Below, piece after piece: positions 9,018 to 21,447 of a stretch of 36,848 nt of DNA. The position numbers and the translations under genes were made by a program. The notes under the pieces were generated by a model. It saw only the letters and a program-made list of their open reading frames with translations, ran no database searches and was not told the DNA's origin. The DNA is from Puniceicoccales bacterium (GTDB taxonomy: Bacteria; Verrucomicrobiota; Verrucomicrobiia; Opitutales; JAIRKQ01), in the NCBI GenBank assembly GCA_031258795.1, contig JAIRMI010000018.1:1-36848 (forward strand), given 5' to 3'. How positions within the stretch are numbered: the first letter of the stretch is position 1; each line of letters begins with the position of its first letter.

Positions 9018-12000
9018 ATGAGCAATGAGAATGTGAAAGAAATTTTGGGCTTTGACCCAATTCATAACTATAATCAAGTTAGCATTTCCGTTGCGTCTCC
9101 GGACGTCATACGTTCCTGGTCGCGGGGGGAGGTTAAAAATCCGGAAACAATAAATTATCGCACTTTTAAGCCCGAACCGGGAGGGCTGTTTTGCCAGAAA
9201 ATTTTCGGACCCGTACGCGACTACGAGTGTGCCTGTGGAAAATATAAAAGAATAAAGTATAAGGGCGTTGTTTGCGAGCGCTGCGGAGTGGAAGTCACAG
9301 TTTCTCGCATACGTCGAGAAAGTATGGGCCACATCGAGCTTGCCGTGCCCATTGCCCATGTTTGGTTTCTGAAAAGTTTACCGAGCAGATTGGGCCTGAT
9401 GCTTGACATGACGGCCAAAGACCTGGAAAAAATTATCTACTATGAAAGCTACATGGTTATCGACCCCGGTTCGGCACCACTTGCCAAATACCAACTAGTC
9501 AACGACAGGGAATACATTCAATTGCAGGAGGAGTACGGAGAGGATTCCTTTGAGGTGAAAATTGGAGCAGCGGCGGTGCGTGAAGTGCTAGCGAGCATCG
9601 ATTTAGCCGAGCTTTCCGATGAACTTCAGGAACAATTGCGCAGCACCCATTCTCGCCAAAATAAAAAGAAAATTACGAGGCGCTTGAAACTTGTTAATGG
9701 ATTTTTGGAAGGCAATATGCGTCCGGAATGGATGATTTTGGAGACGTTGCCCATAATTCCTCCCGATTTGCGTCCACTAGTTCCGCTGGACGGTGGCCGC
9801 TTCGCCACAAGCGATCTGAATGATTTATACCGCCGGGTGATCAATCGAAATAATCGTCTGAAAAGTTTGCTAAGCCTCAAGACACCTGATGTAATCATAC
9901 ACAACGAAATGCGCATGTTGCAAGAGGCCGTCGATGCGCTCTTCGATAACGATCGTCACGGACACTCAGTGGTGGGCGCGGGGAATCGTCCTCTGAAATC
10001 TTTGAGCGAGATGCTCAAGGGAAAACAGGGACGCTTTCGCCAGAATCTTTTAGGGAAGCGGGTTGATTATAGCGGTCGCTCTGTTATCGTTATCGGTCCC
10101 GAACTAAAAATACACCAGTGTGGGCTGCCGAAAAAAATGGCTCTTGTGCTCTTCGAACCCTTCATTATCCGCCGTTTAAAGGAGCTTGGTTTTATTCATA
10201 CCGTCCGCAGCGCGCGCAAAATGATAGAAAAGCAGGCACCCGAGGTGTGGGATATTTTGGATGAGGTCACCCGTGGCCATCCAATTTTGCTGAATCGTGC
10301 CCCCACGCTGCACAGATTGTCAATTCAAGCATTTGAACCGGTTTTGATTGAAGGGGATGCCATCCGTTTGCATCCGCTTGTTTGTTCGGCATTCAACGCT
10401 GACTTCGACGGTGACCAGATGGCAGTGCACGTTCCTCTATCCCTGGAGGCGGTCATGGAGGCCAAGTTGCTGATGCTTGCTTCGCACAATGTCTTTTCCC
10501 CATCAAGCGGAAAGCCAGTCTTGACACCGGACCAGGACATCGTGTTTGGCGCCTATTATTTAACCTTGGAGCCTATGAAAAAGGAGGACGGCGATCGCTT
10601 GCCCCTGATTGGTACTACGGAGGAGGCATTGATGCTGGACACCGAGGGCATCCTTAAAAAACACGATCGCATTCGCTTCGTAAACCCTGACTTTAAAAAG
10701 AAAACCAGGTACGGCAACAACGCTCTCAAAATAATCGAAACTACGCTGGGACGCGTGGTATTTAACAGCATATTTGTGCGTTCGCTTGGGTTTGTAAATC
10801 AGCCGGTGGCGAAGGGCAAATTGGGTGAGCTCATACTTAACACCTACAAAGTAGCGGGCAAGGAACAGGCCGTTGAGATTTTGGATAAACTTAAGGCACT
10901 CGGGTTTAGAGAGGCTATGCATGCGGGCCTATCCATTAGCGTGGATGACATGATAATTCCCGTGGATAAGGCCAAAATAATTAGCTCTGCGCGCAAAAAA
11001 GTCGATGACGTCGAAGTGCAATACAAGCGGGGAATTATAACTTCCGGTGAACGTTCCAATAAGATTGTGGATATTTGGACTTCGGCGACGGATGAGATTG
11101 CCGCCTTGACCTTTGATTCGCTCGCTCAAAATGGCGGACGGCCTGAGATTAATCCCGTGTTCCTGATGATGGATTCTGGAGCACGTGGAAATCGGCAGCA
11201 AGTGCGCCAGCTCTGTGGCATGCGCGGATTAATGGCAAAGCCATCTGGGGAAATCATAGAGTGGCCGATTACGTCATCATTTCGTGAGGGCTTGTCGGTG
11301 TTGGAGTATTTCATATCCACACACGGCGCCAGAAAAGGTCTCGCCGATACGGCTTTGAAGACAGCGGATGCCGGTTACATGACGAGAAAATTGTGCGATG
11401 TCGCCATGGATTGCGTGATAGGGGACGAGGATTCCGGCGATCGCTCCGGAGTCTGGAAACAGGCAATCGTGGACGGTGACGATGAAATTATCAGTTTAAC
11501 CGAACGCATTTCCGGAAGATGCTCCTGCGAGGATATCCAAAACCCTCTCGATCCCGATGAAACGATAGTTGCCACTGGCGACCTCATAACCGTTGACATC
11601 GCCCATCGCATCGAGGAATGTGGCATTGAGAGAGTCAAGGTAATGTCTCCGCTGACACAGATGTTTAAAAATGTCATACCAGCAAAGGCATACGGTATTG
11701 ATCCAGCAACGAACAGCATGGTTAAGCGGGGTTCGGCGGTGGGAATAATTGCGGCGCAGTCCATAGGCGAGCCCGGTACGCAGCTCACTCTACGTACGTT
11801 CCACGTCGGAGGCGTCGCTAGCCAGGTGCTAAAAACTTCGGAGTATCGCGCAAAGCGGGATTGTACAATAAAATTTAACGGATTACGCCTCGTTCAAACG
11901 GTAGACGGGGCAAACATTGTGCTAAACAAAACTGGTAAAATGCAGCTCTTGGATGATGATGGCCGGGAATTAGAAAATTACGCCATGGTCCCCGGTGCCC

Positions 12001-13166
12001 TGCTATCCGTTTCCGATGGGGAGCGGGTGGCCAAAGGCACCGTTTTGGCCATGTGGGATCCTCACAACATGCCGATTTTGTCGGAAAAGAGCGGAATTAT
12101 TAGTTTTCGAGATATAATTCCTGGCGTTACCATTAAGCGCGATGTGGATACTTCCACGGGCAGAATTACGACGGTTGTCATTGAACACAAAGAAGATTTA
12201 AATCCGACGATCGAGATCGTCGTTGGCGCTAACAACGAGGGCATTCCACCAGACAGAATTGTTGCCACTTATAGCATACCAACTGGCGCTCAAGTTATCG
12301 TTGAAAACGGCAATGAAGTTCAGGCGGGGGCGTTACTGGCCAAGACATCCCGTTCCGCGTCAAAGACGCAGGATATTACGGGAGGATTGCCGCGCATTGC
12401 TGAATTATTTGAGGCTCGTAGGCCAAAGGATGCTTCCGAAATGGCCAAGCTTGATGGCATAGTGTCTTTCGGCGGAACTGTGCGCAATAAGAAGCGCATT
12501 TGGGTTACCGATAGCGAAACGGGCCAGCGCCAGGATCACCTCGTTGCCCATGGCAGGAGCATCGTTGTACACGAAGGAGACTTTGTAAGCAAGGGTCAAA
12601 ACTTGACCGATGGCTCACAGGATCCCCACGAAATTCTCGAAATTCTCGGCATTGCTAGCCTGCAGGAGTATCTGATTTCTGAAATTCAGAAAGTATACCG
12701 CATGCAGGGTGTGTCCATCAACGATAAGCACATTGAAATCATCATTGCCTGTATGTTGAGCAAAGTACGGGTCTCCGATCCAGGTGATTCCGACTTTTTC
12801 TGGGGCGAACAGATCGACAAAGACGCCTTTGTAACGGCCAACAAAGAGATCATCGATTCGGGGGGAGAGCCTGCCATCGCCGAGCCTGTTTTACTTGGAA
12901 TCACAAAGTCTTCCATCGAAACGGAAAGCTTTATCGCAGCGGCATCCTTTCAGGAGACAACGCGAGTTTTGACCGATGCGGCGACGACGTCGAAAGTGGA
13001 CAAACTGAAAGGTTTTAAGGAAAATGTTATCATGGGACACCTGATTCCAGCGGGAACGGGCCTACCAATGTATCGATACATAAAGATTAACACGCTGGGC
13101 AGTGCGCCTGTAGGTGAATTTCCAACGCAAATGGAGGCGTCCCAGCCGGTGACGGTTGAGCGATGA
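9018..13166 (+). CDS. rpoC: DNA-directed RNA polymerase subunit beta'
   Basis: 1382 aa with an N-terminal zinc motif ([18 protein letters not shown]), the catalytic [12 protein letters not shown], and the trigger-loop/bridge region (..[15 protein letters not shown]..). Confidence 0.98.
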   Translation: MSNENVKEILGFDPIHNYNQVSISVASPDVIRSWSRGEVKNPETINYRTFKPEPGGLFCQKIFGPVRDYECACGKYKRIKYKGVVCERCGVEVTVSRIRRESMGHIELAVPIAHVWFLKSLPSRLGLMLDMTAKDLEKIIYYESYMVIDPGSAPLAKYQLVNDREYIQLQEEYGEDSFEVKIGAAAVREVLASIDLAELSDELQEQLRSTHSRQNKKKITRRLKLVNGFLEGNMRPEWMILETLPIIPPDLRPLVPLDGGRFATSDLNDLYRRVINRNNRLKSLLSLKTPDVIIHNEMRMLQEAVDALFDNDRHGHSVVGAGNRPLKSLSEMLKGKQGRFRQNLLGKRVDYSGRSVIVIGPELKIHQCGLPKKMALVLFEPFIIRRLKELGFIHTVRSARKMIEKQAPEVWDILDEVTRGHPILLNRAPTLHRLSIQAFEPVLIEGDAIRLHPLVCSAFNADFDGDQMAVHVPLSLEAVMEAKLLMLASHNVFSPSSGKPVLTPDQDIVFGAYYLTLEPMKKEDGDRLPLIGTTEEALMLDTEGILKKHDRIRFVNPDFKKKTRYGNNALKIIETTLGRVVFNSIFVRSLGFVNQPVAKGKLGELILNTYKVAGKEQAVEILDKLKALGFREAMHAGLSISVDDMIIPVDKAKIISSARKKVDDVEVQYKRGIITSGERSNKIVDIWTSATDEIAALTFDSLAQNGGRPEINPVFLMMDSGARGNRQQVRQLCGMRGLMAKPSGEIIEWPITSSFREGLSVLEYFISTHGARKGLADTALKTADAGYMTRKLCDVAMDCVIGDEDSGDRSGVWKQAIVDGDDEIISLTERISGRCSCEDIQNPLDPDETIVATGDLITVDIAHRIEECGIERVKVMSPLTQMFKNVIPAKAYGIDPATNSMVKRGSAVGIIAAQSIGEPGTQLTLRTFHVGGVASQVLKTSEYRAKRDCTIKFNGLRLVQTVDGANIVLNKTGKMQLLDDDGRELENYAMVPGALLSVSDGERVAKGTVLAMWDPHNMPILSEKSGIISFRDIIPGVTIKRDVDTSTGRITTVVIEHKEDLNPTIEIVVGANNEGIPPDRIVATYSIPTGAQVIVENGNEVQAGALLAKTSRSASKTQDITGGLPRIAELFEARRPKDASEMAKLDGIVSFGGTVRNKKRIWVTDSETGQRQDHLVAHGRSIVVHEGDFVSKGQNLTDGSQDPHEILEILGIASLQEYLISEIQKVYRMQGVSINDKHIEIIIACMLSKVRVSDPGDSDFFWGEQIDKDAFVTANKEIIDSGGEPAIAEPVLLGITKSSIETESFIAAASFQETTRVLTDAATTSKVDKLKGFKENVIMGHLIPAGTGLPMYRYIKINTLGSAPVGEFPTQMEASQPVTVER

Positions 13167-13274
13167 TCGGCAAAAATAAGGGGCATAAGGTGGATCTTTC
13201 CAAAAAAATTTCTTGCATTGTTTTCCGAAATTTTTTCAAGTTAGGAACTTTAATTTAATTTTACATGGAAATTC

Positions 13275-13652
13275 ATGCCCACAATTAACCAGTTAATAAA
13301 GCGACCGAGGGTCAGCAAATCATTTAAGTCGAAGGCACCGGCCTTGGATAGAAATCCCTTCAGGCGCGGAACGTGCATCCAAGTCATGACTCGTACGCCG
13401 AAAAAACCAAATTCGGCTACCCGTAAAGTTACAAAAGTGCGTTTGACGAATGGGGCGGAAGTCATAGCTTATATTCCCGATGAGGGGCATAAGTTGCAGG
13501 AGCATAGCGTCATCCTCGTTCGCGGCGGACGGGTGAAGGACTTGCCGGGCGTACGCTACCATGTGGTGCGTGGTACATTGGACTGTTCCGGCGTGGAGAA
13601 GCGCCGCAGAAGTCGTTCGAAGTACGGGGTCAAGCGCCCAAAACAAAAGTGA
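13275..13652 (+). CDS. rpsL: 30S ribosomal protein S12
   Basis: MPTINQLIK.., [48 protein letters not shown]. Confidence 0.98.
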   Translation: MPTINQLIKRPRVSKSFKSKAPALDRNPFRRGTCIQVMTRTPKKPNSATRKVTKVRLTNGAEVIAYIPDEGHKLQEHSVILVRGGRVKDLPGVRYHVVRGTLDCSGVEKRRRSRSKYGVKRPKQK

Positions 13653-13676
13653 AAATTTTAGGGAAAGAAGGAAAAG

Positions 13677-14150
13677 ATGTCTCGTCGTAGAAAAGCAGAA
13701 AAGCGTCCAGGAATCAAAGATCCACGCTACGGTAGTACGCTGATTGGGCAGTTAATAAACATGATCATGGAGCGCGGGAAAAAATCCCTGGCGCGGTCGA
13801 TTGTTTACGGCGCCGTGGAGCGCGTGAGTGAAAAGTTAGGCAAGGGCGATCCAGTCGATCTGATGCTGGGAGCGTTGGAGAATGCCCGCCCGAAAGTTGA
13901 GGTAAAAAGCAAGCGTGTTGGTGGAGCAACCTACCAGGTGCCGGTGGAAGTTCCCTATGAGAGGCAGCATACTTTGGCTTTTCGCTGGATGATCGAACTG
14001 GCGTCATCTAGGAAAGGAACCCCTATAAAGGAGGCCTTGGCGCAAGAAATCATCGATGCCTACAATAATACGGGATCCATTGTTAAGAAGAAGGAGGAAG
14101 TGCACCGCATGGCACAGGCTAATCGCGCATTTGCGCATTTGCGCTGGTGA
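13677..14150 (+). CDS. rpsG: 30S ribosomal protein S7
   Basis: 157 aa following rpsL. Contains ..VE.KS.RVGGATYQVP.EV...R...A.RW.., and ends ..ANRAFAHLRW. Confidence 0.97.
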   Translation: MSRRRKAEKRPGIKDPRYGSTLIGQLINMIMERGKKSLARSIVYGAVERVSEKLGKGDPVDLMLGALENARPKVEVKSKRVGGATYQVPVEVPYERQHTLAFRWMIELASSRKGTPIKEALAQEIIDAYNNTGSIVKKKEEVHRMAQANRAFAHLRW

Positions 14151-14174
14151 CGTAAAAATTTAAAAGGGAATGTG

Positions 14175-16325
14175 ATGTCCAAACACGAAATATCGGCAGC
14201 AAACGCGAAGTCACGGGGTACTCCGCTAGAATTTACAAGGAACATAGGTATCGCCGCGCACATCGATGCCGGAAAAACAACGACCACGGAGCGCATACTA
14301 TTTTACACCGGAGTAGTGCATAAGATGGGCGAAGTGCATGATGGAACGGCTGTCACCGACTGGATGGAGCAGGAGCGGGAACGTGGCATCACAATCACAT
14401 CCGCCGCAATTTCTTGCTCCTGGACAGCGAAAGAAGGACCCTTCGCTGGCATAGGCCACAGGATAAACATCATTGATACTCCCGGCCATGTGGATTTTAC
14501 GGCGGAAGTTGAGCGTTCACTGCGCGTATTGGATGGAGCGGTTGCAGTATTTTGCGGCGTTGCCGGCGTGCAACCGCAATCGGAGACGGTATGGCGGCAA
14601 ATGGATAAATACAACGTGCCGAGAATTGCCTTCATCAACAAAATGGACCGCACGGGGGCAGACTTTTTCGGAGCAGTGAAAGACATCAAGGAAAAGTTGC
14701 GCGGCAATGCGCATCCACTTTTCCTGAATATCGGCTCGGGCGAAACTTTCAAGGGCTTGATCGATCTCGTTAAAATGAAGGCCTACATATACCGTCAAGA
14801 CAGCGTTAATGGAGTGCAATACGATACCGTTGATATTCCCGCTGACATGCTTGAGTCCACAGAGAAATATCGGGAAGAATTGATTGAGTCGGTGGCAGAT
14901 TTCGACGAAAACATAGCCAACAAGTACCTGGAAGGTATGGAAATTTCTGACGAAGAACTTCAAATTGGAATCCGGAAGGCTACGCTTTCCATGAAGTTTA
15001 TTGGGGTGATACCGGGTAGTTCGTTCAAAAATAAGGGTGTGCAGATGCTCTTGGATGCTGTTGTTGACTATTTGCCCAGCCCGCTCGACCTACCACCAAC
15101 GTGCGCCTTTAACGACGATGGCGAGGAGATTGGCATACCCGTCAATGATAGCGGCAAAGTTGCCGTTTTGGCCTTTAAATTAATGACGGACCCCTATGTG
15201 GGGAAGCTAGTATTTTGCCGTGTGTACGCTGGGCAACTGAAAAAAGGGACTACTGTTTACAATCCCCGAACGCGTCAGAATGAGCGCATAGGTCGCTTGT
15301 TGATGATGAAGGCCAACACACGCGAGGATATTGACATTGCTTATTCGGGTGATATTTGTGCCGTGGTTGGTCTCAGAAATGTTGCGACCGGCGATACTTT
15401 GTGCGACGATGATCTCGACCTAATCCTCGAGCCACCAACATTTCCCGAACCGGTCATAAGCATGTCCATTGAACCGAAGTCCAAAGCTGACCAAACCAAG
15501 CTTTCGACCGGCCTTCAATGTTTAGCCGAGGAAGATCCCACTTTCGTTGTGACCACGAATCAGGAAACGGGGCAGACCATAATAGCTGGCATGGGCGAGC
15601 TGCATCTGGATATCATCCGGGATAGATTGTTCCGTGAATTTAAAGTCGAAGCGGATGCTGGGCGGCCGCAGATTGCCTACAAGGAAACGATTTCAACGGC
15701 GGCGACTGGAGAGGGGAAGTTTATCAGGCAAACCGGTGGCCATGGGCAGTACGGTCATGCCGTCATAAAGATTGAGCCCGCCGAGCGGGGGAAGGGAATC
15801 GAAATTATAAACGAAATTGTTGGCGGTGTTATTCCAAAAGAATTTATTAAGCCTACCCAAGAGGGTATAATGGAGGGGGCGAATGGCGGCGTCATAGCCG
15901 GCTACCCCGTTGTTGATTTTACGGCAAGAATTGTCGATGGAAGCTTTCACGAGGTCGATTCTTCGGAGTTGGCGTTTAAAATGGCCGGTATTTTCGGCTT
16001 CAAAGAAGCTATGAAAAAAGCCAATCCCATACTCCTCGAGCCGATCATGAAAGTGGATGTTTCGACACCGGACGAATATCAGGGGGACATAGTTGGTGAC
16101 TTGAATCGGCGGCGTGGGCAGATACAGGGCATTGAGGCCAAGCACGGCTTGACAATGATCACTGCTTTTGTTCCGCTCGAAATGATGTTTGGCTATGCTA
16201 CGGATGTGCGTTCGCTGTCAAAGGGGCGGGCAACTTATTCGATGGAACCTGCTCACTTTGAACAAGTTCCGGCAGGTTTATTGGCCAAAATTGTGGAAAA
16301 TTCACCTAATAGTAACAGGCGTTAG
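14175..16325 (+). CDS. fusA: Elongation factor G
   Basis: [37 protein letters not shown]. About 716 aa. ATG 14175 follows AAAAGGGA; the track start at 14172 is a GTG one codon upstream. Confidence 0.98.
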   Translation: MSKHEISAANAKSRGTPLEFTRNIGIAAHIDAGKTTTTERILFYTGVVHKMGEVHDGTAVTDWMEQERERGITITSAAISCSWTAKEGPFAGIGHRINIIDTPGHVDFTAEVERSLRVLDGAVAVFCGVAGVQPQSETVWRQMDKYNVPRIAFINKMDRTGADFFGAVKDIKEKLRGNAHPLFLNIGSGETFKGLIDLVKMKAYIYRQDSVNGVQYDTVDIPADMLESTEKYREELIESVADFDENIANKYLEGMEISDEELQIGIRKATLSMKFIGVIPGSSFKNKGVQMLLDAVVDYLPSPLDLPPTCAFNDDGEEIGIPVNDSGKVAVLAFKLMTDPYVGKLVFCRVYAGQLKKGTTVYNPRTRQNERIGRLLMMKANTREDIDIAYSGDICAVVGLRNVATGDTLCDDDLDLILEPPTFPEPVISMSIEPKSKADQTKLSTGLQCLAEEDPTFVVTTNQETGQTIIAGMGELHLDIIRDRLFREFKVEADAGRPQIAYKETISTAATGEGKFIRQTGGHGQYGHAVIKIEPAERGKGIEIINEIVGGVIPKEFIKPTQEGIMEGANGGVIAGYPVVDFTARIVDGSFHEVDSSELAFKMAGIFGFKEAMKKANPILLEPIMKVDVSTPDEYQGDIVGDLNRRRGQIQGIEAKHGLTMITAFVPLEMMFGYATDVRSLSKGRATYSMEPAHFEQVPAGLLAKIVENSPNSNRR

Positions 16326-16339
16326 CGGGGTATATAAAA

Positions 16340-16681
16340 ATGGTTCAAAAAAAACAAAAGACAGATTCCAAACAAAAAATCAGAATTAGATTGAAGAGCT
16401 TCGATTATAGGCTCGTGGACCAGGCGGGTGTCGATATCGTTGATACCGCCAAGCGTTCCGGAGCACGGGTAACAGGGCCCGTTCCTCTCCCGATGCACAT
16501 TCGAAAGTTTTGCGTGAACCGCTCTCCTCACAAGGACAAGAAATCGTCCGATCACTTTGAAATCCGTACGCATAGCCGCTTGGTGGATATTTTTGAGCCA
16601 ACTGCGGATACCGTCGATTCTTTGAAAAAATTAAACTTACCAGCTGGAGTTGAAATAAAAATCGATTTATTAGCCGCATAG
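16340..16681 (+). CDS. rpsJ: 30S ribosomal protein S10
   Basis: ..[17 protein letters not shown]....V.TAKR.GA.V.GP.PLP.. The N-terminus is about 9 aa longer than usual. Confidence 0.97.
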   Translation: MVQKKQKTDSKQKIRIRLKSFDYRLVDQAGVDIVDTAKRSGARVTGPVPLPMHIRKFCVNRSPHKDKKSSDHFEIRTHSRLVDIFEPTADTVDSLKKLNLPAGVEIKIDLLAA

Positions 16682-16761
16682 TTTTTATTTTTGTGCTTGC
16701 GTTTTAAATAAGCTGCATTTTATAGCTTTCACGTCTAAAGCAGAATTTTCTGCCGCTTAGT

Positions 16762-17406
16762 ATGGAAAAAAAGAAAAATACATTATTGATTGGAAAAAAA
16801 GTGGGGATGACTCAGATTTATAATGAGGCGTCTGAGCTTGTTCCCGTAACCATAATTCAGATAGAAAAGAGCACGGTAGTGAGGGTAAAAACAATTGAAA
16901 GTGATGGGTATAGCGCCGTTCAATTTGGGTTTGGCAGAAAGAATGCAAAGCATTCGACAAGGTCCGAGCTTGGCCAAAATAAGTTAATTGCAGACTCGGC
17001 GCCATTAAAGCTACGAGAGATGAGGGTTGATTCGGCGGAGGAGTATTCCGTTGGCGACATTGATTTACTCGGAGAGTTTGGTGCATCTGATATTGTTGAC
17101 GTGATGGGAACTACAAAGGGACGTGGTTTTTCCGGTGTTATGAAGAGGCATAATTTTTGTGGCGGGCCGGCGTCGCACGGATCAATGTTCCATCGCCAAG
17201 GAGGCTCCTATGGGCAGCGCCAATGGGTTGGGCACGTTTTTAAGGGACGTAAGATGCCGGGACATTTCGGTTGTGAAAGACGCACCATACAGAACTTGTC
17301 CGTCGTGAAAGTTGACTATGACAAGGGCTTGTTGATTGTAAAAGGCAGCATACCGGGAGCTAAAAACGGTTTTATCCTGGTGAGGAGAGCTATTAAGTCT
17401 TTGTAA
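16762..17406 (+). CDS. rplC: 50S ribosomal protein L3
   Basis: ..LLIGKKVGMTQIY.E....PVT.I......VV.VKT...DGY.A.Q.GF.. and ..GTTKGRGF.GVMKRH.F.GGPASHGS..HR..GS.G. Confidence 0.97.
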   Translation: MEKKKNTLLIGKKVGMTQIYNEASELVPVTIIQIEKSTVVRVKTIESDGYSAVQFGFGRKNAKHSTRSELGQNKLIADSAPLKLREMRVDSAEEYSVGDIDLLGEFGASDIVDVMGTTKGRGFSGVMKRHNFCGGPASHGSMFHRQGGSYGQRQWVGHVFKGRKMPGHFGCERRTIQNLSVVKVDYDKGLLIVKGSIPGAKNGFILVRRAIKSL

Positions 17407-17420
17407 GACGGGAGTGTTCG

Positions 17421-18065
17421 ATGAATTTTAAATTTTACAGTAAAGATTGGGATGTTTTGCCGGAGAAGGTCATTGGTGGCGCGGCGTTGCTCGGTGAAAA
17501 CAAAGGTGTCGTAGCCCTGCGCCAATATGTCGTCTCTTTTGCGGCGAATCTCAGACAGGGAAATGCCTGCACAAAGGATTACGGTGATGTTAGTGGAACG
17601 GGAAAAAAACCGTATAGGCAGAAGGGCACCGGTATGGCTCGCCATGGGTCCAAAAGGAGCCCTATTTGGGCCGGTGGTGGCGTTGTTTTCGGCCCGAAAC
17701 CGCGGGACTTCTCGCAAAAACTAAATAAAAAAGTTAAAAACATAGCACTGGCTAGGGCTATATGCGACAAGGTGAATGCCGGTGAGCTTTCTTTGATTGC
17801 AGAATTTGACGTTGCTGAACCAAAAACGAAGGCGGCAGCAAAATTGATAAATTCCGTTGCCGAAGGGAAAAGTATACTATTAATTTCCGATGTTTTTTCC
17901 GAAAAATTTATTTTGGCATCGCGAAATGTAAGCAATGTTTACATGATCGATGTGAGTTCCGTTAACGCCTATGACATCGTTCGCTTTAGGAATGTGGTTG
18001 TGGCGGAAAGTGCGATTGATGTCCTATTGAAACGTTCTGGCTTGCTTGGAGAGGAAACAAAATGA
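17421..18065 (+). CDS. rplD: 50S ribosomal protein L4
   Basis: 214 aa with ..[32 protein letters not shown].. Lies in the S10-operon position. Confidence 0.96.
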   Translation: MNFKFYSKDWDVLPEKVIGGAALLGENKGVVALRQYVVSFAANLRQGNACTKDYGDVSGTGKKPYRQKGTGMARHGSKRSPIWAGGGVVFGPKPRDFSQKLNKKVKNIALARAICDKVNAGELSLIAEFDVAEPKTKAAAKLINSVAEGKSILLISDVFSEKFILASRNVSNVYMIDVSSVNAYDIVRFRNVVVAESAIDVLLKRSGLLGEETK

Positions 18066-18349
18066 GCCAATTTGGAATTTTAAAAGAGATAATATTGACT
18101 GAGAAGTCTAATATTTTGTCGGCGGATTTGAATCAGTATACATTCAAGGTGTGTTCGTGCGCCACTAAGCAGGTCATAGCACTGGCTATTGAGAAAGTTT
18201 TCAAGGTAAAAGTCGAATCCGTTAACGTGTTAAATGCGAGCAGAAAGCATAGGCGGGCTCGAGCAAAAGGGGCAAGGCCGGGGAAGACGCAGGCCTTTAA
18301 AAAGGCGATCGTATCTTTGAAAGATGGCGATAAAATCGAGGTAGTATAA
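18062..18349 (+). CDS. rplW: 50S ribosomal protein L23
   Basis: 95 aa. The ATGA overlap with the rplD stop suggests translational coupling. Contains ..TEKS......N.YTFKV...A.K..I..A.EK.F.VKV.SVN... Confidence 0.95.
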   Translation: MSQFGILKEIILTEKSNILSADLNQYTFKVCSCATKQVIALAIEKVFKVKVESVNVLNASRKHRRARAKGARPGKTQAFKKAIVSLKDGDKIEVV

Positions 18350-18350
18350 A

Positions 18351-19217
18351 ATGGCAATAATACAATCGAGACCTCTGACTCCCGGGCAAAGATTTCTAAC
18401 AAAGATCAGGAGCGAACAGCTAGCTTCCACACAAAATAAACCTTGCCGGGCGTTGACGCGCTCCAAGACTCGTAGTAGCGGCAGAAATTGCTACGGGAGA
18501 ATTACATCGCGCAGGCGTGGTGGTAGCCATAAAAGGCTCAATCGCATCGTGGACTTTAAGCGGGATAAGTTCGATATTCCTGCCTCTGTTAAGGCAATAG
18601 AGTATGATCCAACGAGATCCGCAAACATTGCACTGCTATCTTATAAGGACGGGGAAAGGCGCTACATCCTTGCGACAAAGGATATGAAAGTTGGGAGCAG
18701 GGTGTGCACCCGAAAGGCCAAAACTGATGATTTTTCCGATGGAACAACAATGCAGCTAAGATTTATCCCCCAGGGTGTTTTTGTTCATTCCATAGAAAGT
18801 GAACCGGGCAGTGGCGCAAAGTTTGCTCGCGCAGCAGGAATGAGCGCCCAATTAGTTGCTATCGAAGATAATTTGGCGACGCTGAAGATGCCAAGCGGAG
18901 AGATTAGATACTTGCATGCTAATTGCATGGCAACGATCGGCGTTGTGGGCAATGGAGACCATGGCAAGCGTTCGCTTGGGAAGGCCGGGCGTAATCGCTG
19001 GTTGGGACGTCGCCCCCGCGTGCGCGGTGTAGCGATGAATCCCGTTGATCACCCGATGGGTGGAGGGGAAGGGCGTACTTCCGGCGGAGGACACCCCGTG
19101 TCCCCGTGGGGGCAATTGGCAAAGGGCAAGCCTACGCGCAAAAAGGCGAAAATTTCCAATGCTATGATTTTGGTGCGCAGGAATGGCAAAAAGATAAGAA
19201 AGGATAGTAAGGCTTAA
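18351..19217 (+). CDS. rplB: 50S ribosomal protein L2
   Basis: 288 aa with ..GRN..G.IT.R.RGGGHKR..R.VDFKR.., ..[29 protein letters not shown].. Confidence 0.98.
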   Translation: MAIIQSRPLTPGQRFLTKIRSEQLASTQNKPCRALTRSKTRSSGRNCYGRITSRRRGGSHKRLNRIVDFKRDKFDIPASVKAIEYDPTRSANIALLSYKDGERRYILATKDMKVGSRVCTRKAKTDDFSDGTTMQLRFIPQGVFVHSIESEPGSGAKFARAAGMSAQLVAIEDNLATLKMPSGEIRYLHANCMATIGVVGNGDHGKRSLGKAGRNRWLGRRPRVRGVAMNPVDHPMGGGEGRTSGGGHPVSPWGQLAKGKPTRKKAKISNAMILVRRNGKKIRKDSKA

Positions 19218-19219
19218 AT

Positions 19220-19495
19220 ATGACTAGGTCTAGAAAAAAAGGTTTCTTTGTGGATGTCTGTTTGATGGACAAGATAGCGGATGCGCAGGCAAGTAAATCT
19301 ACCAAGCCTATTAGGACGTGGTCACGCCGCTCGACGGTAACCCCTGATTTTGTTGGCTTAACTTTTTTAGTGCACAATGGCAGGAAATTTATTGACGTTT
19401 ATGTAACGGAAAACATGGTGGGTCATAAACTTGGCGAGTTTGCTCATACGAGGACGTTTAAGACACACAATCCGCATACACAGAAGAAGGCTTGA
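19220..19495 (+). CDS. rpsS: 30S ribosomal protein S19
   Basis: 91 aa with ..[11 protein letters not shown]......[45 protein letters not shown]. Confidence 0.98.
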   Translation: MTRSRKKGFFVDVCLMDKIADAQASKSTKPIRTWSRRSTVTPDFVGLTFLVHNGRKFIDVYVTENMVGHKLGEFAHTRTFKTHNPHTQKKA

Positions 19496-19504
19496 GATCA
19501 TTAA

Positions 19505-19852
19505 ATGGAAATAGTAGCAAAGTTTAAATACGCACACATGTCAGCGAAGAAGTTGCGGGACATCTCGCGGATATTGCGGGGTCGCCGGGCGACGGATGCG
19601 CTGTCGTTCTTGAAATTTTCGGCACGCAAATCGGCTAGATTGATTTTTAAAACCTTGTCCAGTGCCGTTGCAAATGCAGAAAATAACAATAACCTAGTTG
19701 CTAGTAATCTGTTGGTTGATAATGTTCTCATTGAAGAGGGCCCAGTGTTCAAGAGATTTATTCCGGCGGCTAGGGGGTCAGCGCACCCCATTCGTAAGCG
19801 AATGAGTCACATTCGCGTGATACTAAAACAAGCAAACGTGGAGAAACGCTGA
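19505..19852 (+). CDS. rplV: 50S ribosomal protein L22
   Basis: 115 aa with ..SAKK.R.....RG....AL..L.F...K.A......L.SA.ANAENN.. Lies in the S10-operon position. Confidence 0.96.
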   Translation: MEIVAKFKYAHMSAKKLRDISRILRGRRATDALSFLKFSARKSARLIFKTLSSAVANAENNNNLVASNLLVDNVLIEEGPVFKRFIPAARGSAHPIRKRMSHIRVILKQANVEKR

Positions 19853-19853
19853 T

Positions 19854-20483
19854 ATGGGGCAAAAAGTAAATCCTATAGTGTTTAGATTGCCGGTTAGAAG
19901 GGATTGGAGGTCTCGCTGGTTCGCAGATAAGAAAAATTTTGCTAGATTTGTTCGTGAAGATTTCAAAATTCGTGAATTTTTAAGATCGAAGCTGAAGCAT
20001 GCTTCCATAGCCGAGGTTGATATTGAACGCTCGGGAGAGAAGATCCGCGTAAGGTTACTCACGCCTCGCCCAGGAGTAGTGATCGGGGTCAAGGGCAAAG
20101 AGCTTGAGCGCATAAGCGGGGCTCTAAATAGGATTACGGGGCGGGATGTTCTCGTTGATGTGCAGGAAATAAAAAAGCCAGACTTGGTTGCTCAGCTGGT
20201 ATCGGATGGGGTCGCTTCCCAATTGGAACGGCGAGTTGCGTTTAGGCGGGCTCTTAAAAAGGCGGTGCAGACGTCCATGAGTTTTGGGGCTAATGGAATT
20301 AGAATTAGGTGTTCCGGTCGCCTTGGTGGCACCGAAATTGCAAGAAGCGAGGAACAAAAGGCTGGATGTGTACCATTGCACACGTTGCGCGAAAACATTG
20401 ATTATGGCTTTTCCGAGGCGAACACGGTCTATGGAAAAATTGGAGTGAAATGCTGGATTTGCAACAAGCAAGCCAAGGAGTGA
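19854..20483 (+). CDS. rpsC: 30S ribosomal protein S3
   Basis: MGQKVNP..FRL.....W.S.WFA.. with a KH-domain block ..RPG.VIG.KG.E.E.., ..RR.AFRRA.K.AV...M..GA.GI.I.CSGRLGG.EIAR.E.. Confidence 0.98.
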   Translation: MGQKVNPIVFRLPVRRDWRSRWFADKKNFARFVREDFKIREFLRSKLKHASIAEVDIERSGEKIRVRLLTPRPGVVIGVKGKELERISGALNRITGRDVLVDVQEIKKPDLVAQLVSDGVASQLERRVAFRRALKKAVQTSMSFGANGIRIRCSGRLGGTEIARSEEQKAGCVPLHTLRENIDYGFSEANTVYGKIGVKCWICNKQAKE

Positions 20484-20504
20484 AAATTGAATAATGTTTT
20501 GTAA

Positions 20505-20933
20505 ATGAGCAACTTATTACCAGCAAAAACCAAATATCGCAAAATTCAAAAGGGGCGGAATCGTGGCCATGCCAAGGGTGGCACTTCCGTAGTTTTCGGA
20601 GATTTTGCCATACAGGCCTTAGAGCGGGGAAATATGACGGCTTCGCAAATGGAAGCGGCTCGCGTGGCCATAAATCGGCACCTAAAAAGAAAGGGAAAAA
20701 TGTGGATGCGCGTGTTCCCGAGTAAGCCAATAACAAAGAAACCTGCGGAGACACGCATGGGCAAGGGAAAAGGCCCAGTGGAATATTGGGTGGCGCAGAT
20801 TAAGCCGGGCAATGTGCTCTTTGAGGTGTCGGGAGTGTCAGTGACAGTTGCGCGGGAGGCTATGCGGTTAGCAGATGGAAAAATTCCCTTTCACTGCAGG
20901 TTTATAAGTAGGGATGAACAGAGTACATTTTAG
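20505..20933 (+). CDS. rplP: 50S ribosomal protein L16
   Basis: ..[62 protein letters not shown]. Confidence 0.98.
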   Translation: MSNLLPAKTKYRKIQKGRNRGHAKGGTSVVFGDFAIQALERGNMTASQMEAARVAINRHLKRKGKMWMRVFPSKPITKKPAETRMGKGKGPVEYWVAQIKPGNVLFEVSGVSVTVAREAMRLADGKIPFHCRFISRDEQSTF

Positions 20934-20938
20934 GAAGA

Positions 20939-21127
20939 ATGATGGGCAAGAATAAATTCGCAGAGTTATCGATGGGTGAACTCATTCAAAGGGAGAATGA
21001 GTTGCGTACTGAGCTGGAAATGCTCAATTTGAAAAAAAATGTCGGCCAAGTGTCAAAGCCAAGCAGATTTTCTGAAATAAAGCGTGACATTGCGGCGATC
21101 ATGACTACTAAGCGTGCATTATCATAA
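20939..21127 (+). CDS. rpmC: 50S ribosomal protein L29
   Basis: 62 aa between rplP and rpsQ. It has the helical L29 pattern (..EL..M...EL...E.ELR.EL..L.......Q....S.......RDIA.I.T). Confidence 0.92.
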   Translation: MMGKNKFAELSMGELIQRENELRTELEMLNLKKNVGQVSKPSRFSEIKRDIAAIMTTKRALS

Positions 21128-21141
21128 ATTAGGTATGTGGC

Positions 21142-21426
21142 ATGTCTGAAAATAATACAGTGAATAGAAATAGTAGAAAAGTTTTGACGGGAATCGTTAT
21201 CAGTCGCACCGGCGATAAAACGATCAAAGTTGCCTATTCGTACAAAATTCCGCATCCGATGTATAAAAAGGAAATTAAACGCAAAACCGTTATTCACGTA
21301 CACGATGGCGATAATAAGTGCAAGTTGGGTGATAGCGTTGAGGTCGTTGAAACTAGGCCATTGAGCAAGTTGAAACGGTGGCGATTGAGCAGGATTATTA
21401 ATTCTGCCGTTGAAACAAGAGGATAG
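21142..21426 (+). CDS. rpsQ: 30S ribosomal protein S17
   Basis: 94 aa with ..RK.L.G.V.S...DKTI.V......PHP.YKK.I.R......HD..N.C..GD.V...E.RPLSK.KRW.L. Confidence 0.96.
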   Translation: MSENNTVNRNSRKVLTGIVISRTGDKTIKVAYSYKIPHPMYKKEIKRKTVIHVHDGDNKCKLGDSVEVVETRPLSKLKRWRLSRIINSAVETRG

Positions 21427-21447
21427 ATTTATAGACGGAGAGTGAAA

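Noticed and set aside
16682-16761. 80-nt AT-rich rpsJ-rplC spacer as a regulatory element
   Set aside because: I found only short AT-rich palindromes (AAGCT..AGCTT, CTGC..GCAG). Nothing resembles a stable structure or promoter beyond chance.
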